This document shows, piece after piece, positions 43,368 through 48,340 of a stretch of DNA of 48,340 nt. Made by a program: the position numbers and the translations under genes. Every line of letters begins with the position of its first letter. The first letter of the stretch is position 1. Under the pieces are notes generated by a model, which was not told where the DNA came from, did not search any database, and saw nothing but the letters and a program-made list of their open reading frames with translations. The stretch spans positions 1-48,340 of the forward strand of contig JBEBGB010000003.1 of assembly GCA_040081675.1 (NCBI GenBank), in the 5' to 3' direction. The stretch comes from Vicinamibacterales bacterium (GTDB lineage Bacteria; Acidobacteriota; Vicinamibacteria; Vicinamibacterales; CAVVIG01).

Positions 43368-45569
43368 ATGCCGCTTCGAAAAATCTGTCTTGCCGCAGCG
43401 TGCGCCATTGCGTTGTTGATCTGGTTCTCACTGCGTCTGCTTGCGGCAGGTCGACCCGCCACGCTGGCCTCAGTCGAGGATGCCTTCGTGTCCGAGGATG
43501 TCGAAGGGTGGTCGATTGGAACGGCCTCGGTCTCGCTGCACCTCGGCCTCGACCCGTCAACCGGGCTGCTACAAGTCTCGAACATCGCATACCCTGGTTC
43601 GGACGAGATCTGGCGGGCTGGCGGAACACCGGACTCGGTCGTTCGTATCCAGAACCGCTTGGCGTCGGCAGGCGAGCCCGCGTTCAGGTTCCGCCAAGCC
43701 AGCGTGAACGTCGAGAACGGTGGCGTTCGCCTGGTTCTCGACTTCGAGGACTCGGCGAGCCGGGTAAGGGTCGCGCGCACATTCGCCACCTATCCCGGGT
43801 CGGCTGGCGTCGAGATGTGGTCGACCTTCACCGCCGACTCGTCGGTGCCCGCCGTGCCGTTGGCTGATATCGGCATCTGGCAAATCCAGGTGCCAGCCAC
43901 GACGGCGCAGTGGGTAACTGGCCTCTCCGCATCCGCGGCAGATGGCGGCGCCTTCGCGCGTCGAGTGCAGTCGCTGGCGTCCGCCGGGGCCTCGCTCGAC
44001 ATCGGGTCGACCGCACGATCGTCCGAGACGGCGGTGCCCGCGGTCTGGTTCGGCGGCTCCCCGGGATCGCTGCTCGGTGGGCTCCTGTGGTCGGGCGCGT
44101 GGCAGCTGTCGGTTGGCGAGCCTGATGCTGCGGGTCGCGTCGTTGCACGGATGTCGCTCGGTGACACAGCCACCGTGCTGAAAGCCGGGCACCCCTTCGA
44201 GACACCGCACGGCGTGCTTGGCGTCGCGCCTCCCGGAGAGTTGAGTCGGTCGACAGCGTGGCAATCGCTCATCAAGAATGGCCTGCGCCACGGCCGGCCT
44301 TTCGCGGCGCCGGTTACCTACAACACCTGGTTCGCGTACGGCAATCAAGTCGACGAACAGACAATGCGCGACCAGATGGACAGGGCGGCGGCGATGGGCA
44401 TCGAGCTGTTCGTGCTCGATGCGGGCTGGTATGCCGGCGGGTCACAGGTCGACGACTACAGTACGGGCCTCGGCACTTGGACGGCCGACAGCCGGCGCTT
44501 TCCATCCGGTCTGCGAGCGCTGCGCGACTACGCGCACCGTGTCGGATTGAAGTTCGGTATCTGGGTCGAGCCCGAACGTGTCGATACCAGCACAATCAAC
44601 CGCTCCGGCCTGGCGAAAGAGCGCTTTCTGGCAACGACGGGGGGCCGGTACGACGCCGGCCGCAGGAACGAATCGGCCTCGGCCGCCCAGGTCTGCCTTG
44701 GTGACGAAGAAGCGAGACAGTGGGTATTGAACGAACTGGAAGGCTTCCTGGACGAGGTCGGTCCCGACTATCTGAAGTGGGACAACAACTACTGGATCAA
44801 CTGCGATCGGACCGGCCACAGTCACGGTGACCGGGACGGCAACCTGGCGCACGTCAAGGGCCTTTACGGCATTCTGGCGGCCTTGCGGGAGCGGTATCCA
44901 GACCTGCTCGTCGAGGACTGCGCATCGGGCGGTAACCGTCTGGACCTCGGCATGCTGCAGTACACAGACGTCGCCTGGATGGACGATGTCAGCGCACCAT
45001 CGACACACGTGCGGCACAACCTCGAAGGCCTGAGTGCGGTGTTCCCGCTTGGCTACCTCCTGTCGTTTGTGATGGACAGTCCGTCTGAGAGCATCCACGA
45101 GTCGCCGGATCTGACCACGCTCATCCGGAGCCGCGATCCGGGCGTGCTGGGATTCTCGTTGAGGCTCGAGGAACTCAGGGCCGAGGCGCTGTCGCTGATG
45201 ACGCGCGCGATCGCTGAATACAAGTACCGTCGCATGCTGATGCTGGATAGTTCCTCGCTGCTGTTGACGACGCAGGTCCCATCAGGAGGCAGGGTCGATT
45301 CGGATGTGATCGAGGCGGTCTCGAACCAGACCGGCGACTCGGTGCTGTTTGTCTTCGCGGGCATCGGGTCGTTGCTGGACAGAACGGTCTGGCCGCAGGC
45401 GCTCGACGCGGGCGCCGTCTACACGCGTCGGTGGACTCGCGGCACGAGCTCTGACAGCGGAGAGGACATCATGGCCAACGGAATCGACCTTCCGCTGTTT
45501 CGCACCTCGAGTTCCGCGGTCGTCGTGCTGGCGCGCCAGCCAGGACCGACGGTTTCTCCAACTCCGTAG
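43368..45569 (+). CDS. GH36 alpha-galactosidase, N-terminal signal/anchor
   Basis: YNTW, LFVLDAGWY, RFPSGL, FGIWVEPE, YLKWDNN, EDCASGGNRLD; ATG 43368. Confidence 0.9.
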   Translation: MPLRKICLAAACAIALLIWFSLRLLAAGRPATLASVEDAFVSEDVEGWSIGTASVSLHLGLDPSTGLLQVSNIAYPGSDEIWRAGGTPDSVVRIQNRLASAGEPAFRFRQASVNVENGGVRLVLDFEDSASRVRVARTFATYPGSAGVEMWSTFTADSSVPAVPLADIGIWQIQVPATTAQWVTGLSASAADGGAFARRVQSLASAGASLDIGSTARSSETAVPAVWFGGSPGSLLGGLLWSGAWQLSVGEPDAAGRVVARMSLGDTATVLKAGHPFETPHGVLGVAPPGELSRSTAWQSLIKNGLRHGRPFAAPVTYNTWFAYGNQVDEQTMRDQMDRAAAMGIELFVLDAGWYAGGSQVDDYSTGLGTWTADSRRFPSGLRALRDYAHRVGLKFGIWVEPERVDTSTINRSGLAKERFLATTGGRYDAGRRNESASAAQVCLGDEEARQWVLNELEGFLDEVGPDYLKWDNNYWINCDRTGHSHGDRDGNLAHVKGLYGILAALRERYPDLLVEDCASGGNRLDLGMLQYTDVAWMDDVSAPSTHVRHNLEGLSAVFPLGYLLSFVMDSPSESIHESPDLTTLIRSRDPGVLGFSLRLEELRAEALSLMTRAIAEYKYRRMLMLDSSSLLLTTQVPSGGRVDSDVIEAVSNQTGDSVLFVFAGIGSLLDRTVWPQALDAGAVYTRRWTRGTSSDSGEDIMANGIDLPLFRTSSSAVVVLARQPGPTVSPTP

Positions 45570-45572
45570 GGC

Positions 45573-45725
45573 GCGGGTCGGAACAACCGTCGCTTGTTGC
45601 GAGCGGCCTGGTGAATCAGACAGGCCAACAGCGTCCGCGCGCGCACCGTCCACGATCGTCGCGCACTCGTCACCAGAACCCCGGCCAGAGCAGGGATGAC
45701 TGGCCGAGATGAGACCCCGACCCGC
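45573..45725. other. Intergenic multibranch inverted-repeat structure
   Basis: GCGGGTCGG / CCGACCCGC closing arms; hairpins GGCCTG..CAGGCC (45605-45626) and CGGCCAG..CTGGCCG (45682-45706). Confidence 0.4.
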
Positions 45726-45785
45726 CGCCGCGAGTGCCGTCCATCAACGTCGTGCCCTGATACCGACGCTGCTCGGGCGGGACTC

Positions 45786-45813
45786 AAGAACCAAGGACGG
45801 AGGACCAAAGACC
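45786..45813. repeat. Heptamer tandem repeat (AAGRACC-like)
   Basis: AAGAACC AAGGACG GAGGACC AAAGACC. Confidence 0.55.
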
Positions 45814-45841
45814 GGCGCGGGACACCGATGCGGGAACCGCT

Positions 45842-47626
45842 CTATACGTCGAGCCCGACCGCGCGCATGAGTTCCAGGGCGTTGCTCCGCTCCACCACAC
45901 CGTCGCGCATCCGGTAGTCGAACCGCATGCGGCCGTCCTCGATGTGATCTTCGAAGTGCACGTTCCTGGCACGCGCGTCACCACGCGATGCGAGCTCAGT
46001 CAGCGCCAGGTCGTGAGTCGTCACCAGACCGATGGCGCCTGCGTCGACCAGCGCGCGCACGATGGCTTGCGCGCCGATCTTTCGATCGTGCGAGTTCGTC
46101 CCGTGGAGGATTTCGTCCAGCATGAACAGCACGGGAACCGGACCTTTGGTCAACGAGACGATGTCCCGAATCTTCAGGATTTCGCTGTAGAAGCGCGAGT
46201 GTCCTTGCTGCAGCGAGTCGCCGACGGTGATCGTGGCGCCGATCGCCAACACTGACAGCGTAAGGCGTTCGGCCCTGACCGGCCCGCCCGCCAGTGCAAG
46301 GACCGCATTGGCGCCGACGGCGCGAAGCAACGTGCTCTTTCCGGACATGTTCGAACCGCTGACGATCAGGACGCGGGGCGACGCGCCGCCAAGTGAGACG
46401 TCGTTGCGGACTGCGGTCGCCTCGTGGAGCAGCGGGTGGCCAACACCCGCACCTTCGAACAACGGACCGTTAGGCTCGAGTGTCGGGAATGGATCGCGTG
46501 GGTGCTCGTACGCATAGGTCGCCAGCGACGCCAGCGCCTCGAACTCGCCTATCGCGGCGATCCACGCGGCAAGCGACGCGCGATTCGCCTGGTGCCAGCG
46601 ATCGATCGCAACAGCTGCCTGGCTTCGAACAAACAGCAGCATGCCGAATGGCCGCACCAACTCATTGCGCAGGGCGTCACGCGCGGCGATGAAGTGACGC
46701 AAACGGCGAAGCAGTGCCGACGGCCTGGTGTGTCCATCGAGCGCCACACGCAACGTCGACAGCCGAGGTGAAGAAAAGCGTTCCTGTTCGAGACGAGCGA
46801 GCAACGCCTCGAGCAGCGACAGGTCGTCGGCGGCGGCATCCACCCGGCGAAGCACCTGCCACACTCGCCCACGGTGTGCGAGCGCAACTCCGCCAGCGAT
46901 AGCCAACCAGACCGTCACGAGAAGGCCCGGCACCCAGTCCGCGAACAGAGCCGCCACCAGGACGGCACTGACCGCGGCACAGGCGGCAAACACAACAGCG
47001 TGGACGGACCCGAGTCCTACCGGCTGTATCGACGCCCACTTCGTGAGCACGCCGGTTCTCGACACGTGCGCCTCTGATGCGAGCACGGCAAGCGCCTCGC
47101 GAAAATCCGGGCGGTCGCGCAGTTCGGCCACCGCCTGCTGCCGCTCCAACACGTCTTCGCGCGACGCCCGTGAGCGCAGCCAGTCCGCAAGTGTGTCCTC
47201 GCCCGCTTCGGTTCGTGCCGTGTCAATCAACTGGAACAGCGAGCCAGGCCCGAACAGATCAAGGTCGGTGGCGTAGGTATGGTCGCCGATGAACCGCAAG
47301 CCATCCGGCCCGGTGCCTGCCCACGTGCCTTCCAGGCGTGTCACGCCGCGCTCGTAGTGGCGCTGCGCCCGTGTAACACGGTCGTTCGCGTTCAGAATGC
47401 GCGCGTGAGTCACGAGGAGTGCCACGAACGCCAGCAGCGGCAACAAAAGCCAGGCAGGACTGATGAGCCCTGGTGCGAATGCGAGCCAGGCCAACAGCGC
47501 GGCAGCCGCGAAGACGGCGAGTCGAAGGTTCGAGAGAACGAGGTGTCGACGGTCTCCGCGGGCAATGAGAACGGCGAGTTCCTGAAGGCGGCGGTCGTAG
47601 ACGACGCGTGGGTCGGCAGTGGTCAC
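45842..47626 (-). CDS. Membrane-anchored MutS-like ATPase (MutS domain V; not canonical MutS1)
   Basis: N-terminal TM pairs, YATDLDLFG.GSLF, GHPLL, SGSNMSGKSTLLR, SRFYSE, LDEILHGTNSHDR, TTHDL; GTG 47626 proposed. Confidence 0.9.
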   Translation of the reverse strand: MTTADPRVVYDRRLQELAVLIARGDRRHLVLSNLRLAVFAAAALLAWLAFAPGLISPAWLLLPLLAFVALLVTHARILNANDRVTRAQRHYERGVTRLEGTWAGTGPDGLRFIGDHTYATDLDLFGPGSLFQLIDTARTEAGEDTLADWLRSRASREDVLERQQAVAELRDRPDFREALAVLASEAHVSRTGVLTKWASIQPVGLGSVHAVVFAACAAVSAVLVAALFADWVPGLLVTVWLAIAGGVALAHRGRVWQVLRRVDAAADDLSLLEALLARLEQERFSSPRLSTLRVALDGHTRPSALLRRLRHFIAARDALRNELVRPFGMLLFVRSQAAVAIDRWHQANRASLAAWIAAIGEFEALASLATYAYEHPRDPFPTLEPNGPLFEGAGVGHPLLHEATAVRNDVSLGGASPRVLIVSGSNMSGKSTLLRAVGANAVLALAGGPVRAERLTLSVLAIGATITVGDSLQQGHSRFYSEILKIRDIVSLTKGPVPVLFMLDEILHGTNSHDRKIGAQAIVRALVDAGAIGLVTTHDLALTELASRGDARARNVHFEDHIEDGRMRFDYRMRDGVVERSNALELMRAVGLDV

Positions 47627-47658
47627 AGTCGTCTCAATATGACAGAAGCGGAACTGGG

Positions 47659-47679
47659 TTGGTTCTTGGTGCTTGGTCT
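47659..47679. repeat. Heptamer tandem repeat (TTGGTNC)
   Basis: TTGGTTC TTGGTGC TTGGTCT; reverse-complement family of 45786-45813. Confidence 0.55.
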
Positions 47680-47734
47680 GCTGCCGAGCCACGACTTCCG
47701 TGGGTTGGGCCGTCATGCGCATAATGTCGGGACA

Positions 47735-48307
47735 ATGGACGCGCAAATCGAAGGGTTGGTTCTGCAGCTTCAGGCTGCGTCGCAGGAAGTGCCCGGTCTC
47801 GTCGGTGGGCTGGGAAACGACCAATTCAACTGGGTGCCCGCGCCGGGCCGCTGGTCGATTGGACAGTGCATGGAGCACCTGAACATCACGACCGAGCGTT
47901 ACCTGCCGGTATTGAGCAAGGCTATCGCCGATGGCCGAGCGTCTGGCCGAACGTCGACCGTTCCGCTGACGATGGGCTTCTTCGAACGCTGGTTCCTGCA
48001 ATTGATGGAGCCGCCTCCCCGCATGAAATCCAAGACGCCGAAGGCCTTCGCGGCGACGACGGAGTTGCCGCTCGAGGCGACCGTGGCTCGGTGGAGTGGG
48101 TTGCAAGCGAAGCTCGCGGATTGCATTCGTAGCGCGGAGGGCCTCGATTTTCGGCGCATCAAAGTCCGTTCTCAGTTCGGGCCCCTGTCGTTCAGCCTGG
48201 GAGGAACATTCCTCATCCTGCTGGCGCACGAGCGACGGCACCTCTGGCAGGCACGTCAAGTCAGGCTCGACACTGCCTTCCCTCGAGGGAGCGGTAGAAA
48301 TTACTGA
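47735..48307 (+). CDS. DinB family protein
   Basis: WSIGQCMEHL, HERRHLWQA; ATG 47735. Confidence 0.88.
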   Translation: MDAQIEGLVLQLQAASQEVPGLVGGLGNDQFNWVPAPGRWSIGQCMEHLNITTERYLPVLSKAIADGRASGRTSTVPLTMGFFERWFLQLMEPPPRMKSKTPKAFAATTELPLEATVARWSGLQAKLADCIRSAEGLDFRRIKVRSQFGPLSFSLGGTFLILLAHERRHLWQARQVRLDTAFPRGSGRNY

Positions 48308-48340
48308 AGTGGTGCGGCGAACGGCCGGGTCGAAGATCGG

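Noticed and set aside
45842-48259. Long N-terminal extensions given by the ORF track (MutS-like, pyk, methyltransferase, GT4, APH, DinB, DUF5916)
   Set aside because: Extensions overlap neighbouring real genes; starts were reassigned using overlaps, RBS or -10 boxes

Overview
A high-GC bacterial window. The gene mix (eukaryote-like kinase, DUF5916, TPR-CHAT, S8, RRM) suggests Acidobacteriota/Vicinamibacterales, which is an inference. It holds about 41 CDSs, and I saw no rRNA, tRNA, CRISPR array or transposase. The flanks are ordinary (MBOAT, HI0933 flavoprotein, amino-acid ABC transporter, NamZ, LOG, pyk, amidase, GH36, MutS-like ATPase, DinB). The core is a ~23.5 kb minus-strand locus (15415-38900). 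It starts with a four-gene regulatory cassette: ECF sigma, TPR-CHAT caspase-like protease, Zn-finger anti-sigma-like protein, and a secreted S8 protease carrying four QSVGA(V/I)LE repeats. This is followed by a 13-gene glycan operon: paired glycosyltransferases, ABC exporter, heparinase II/III-like lyase, kinase plus pseudokinase, deacetylase, DUF5916 barrel and uronic-acid precursor enzymes. Two shared DNA motifs tie the halves together. (i) A 40-bp bipartite motif, CCTATATTTCC-N13-GCCCTwTAsAACCAGC, lies in front of both the anti-sigma/S8 genes and the glycan operon (candidate ECF promoter). (ii) TGACA direct repeats with an 11-bp period, followed 20 nt later by CACkCTG, lie in front of both the ECF gene and the glycan operon. 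Working hypothesis: a protease-gated, possibly peptide-signalled, ECF switch controlling synthesis of a non-Wzy glycan.
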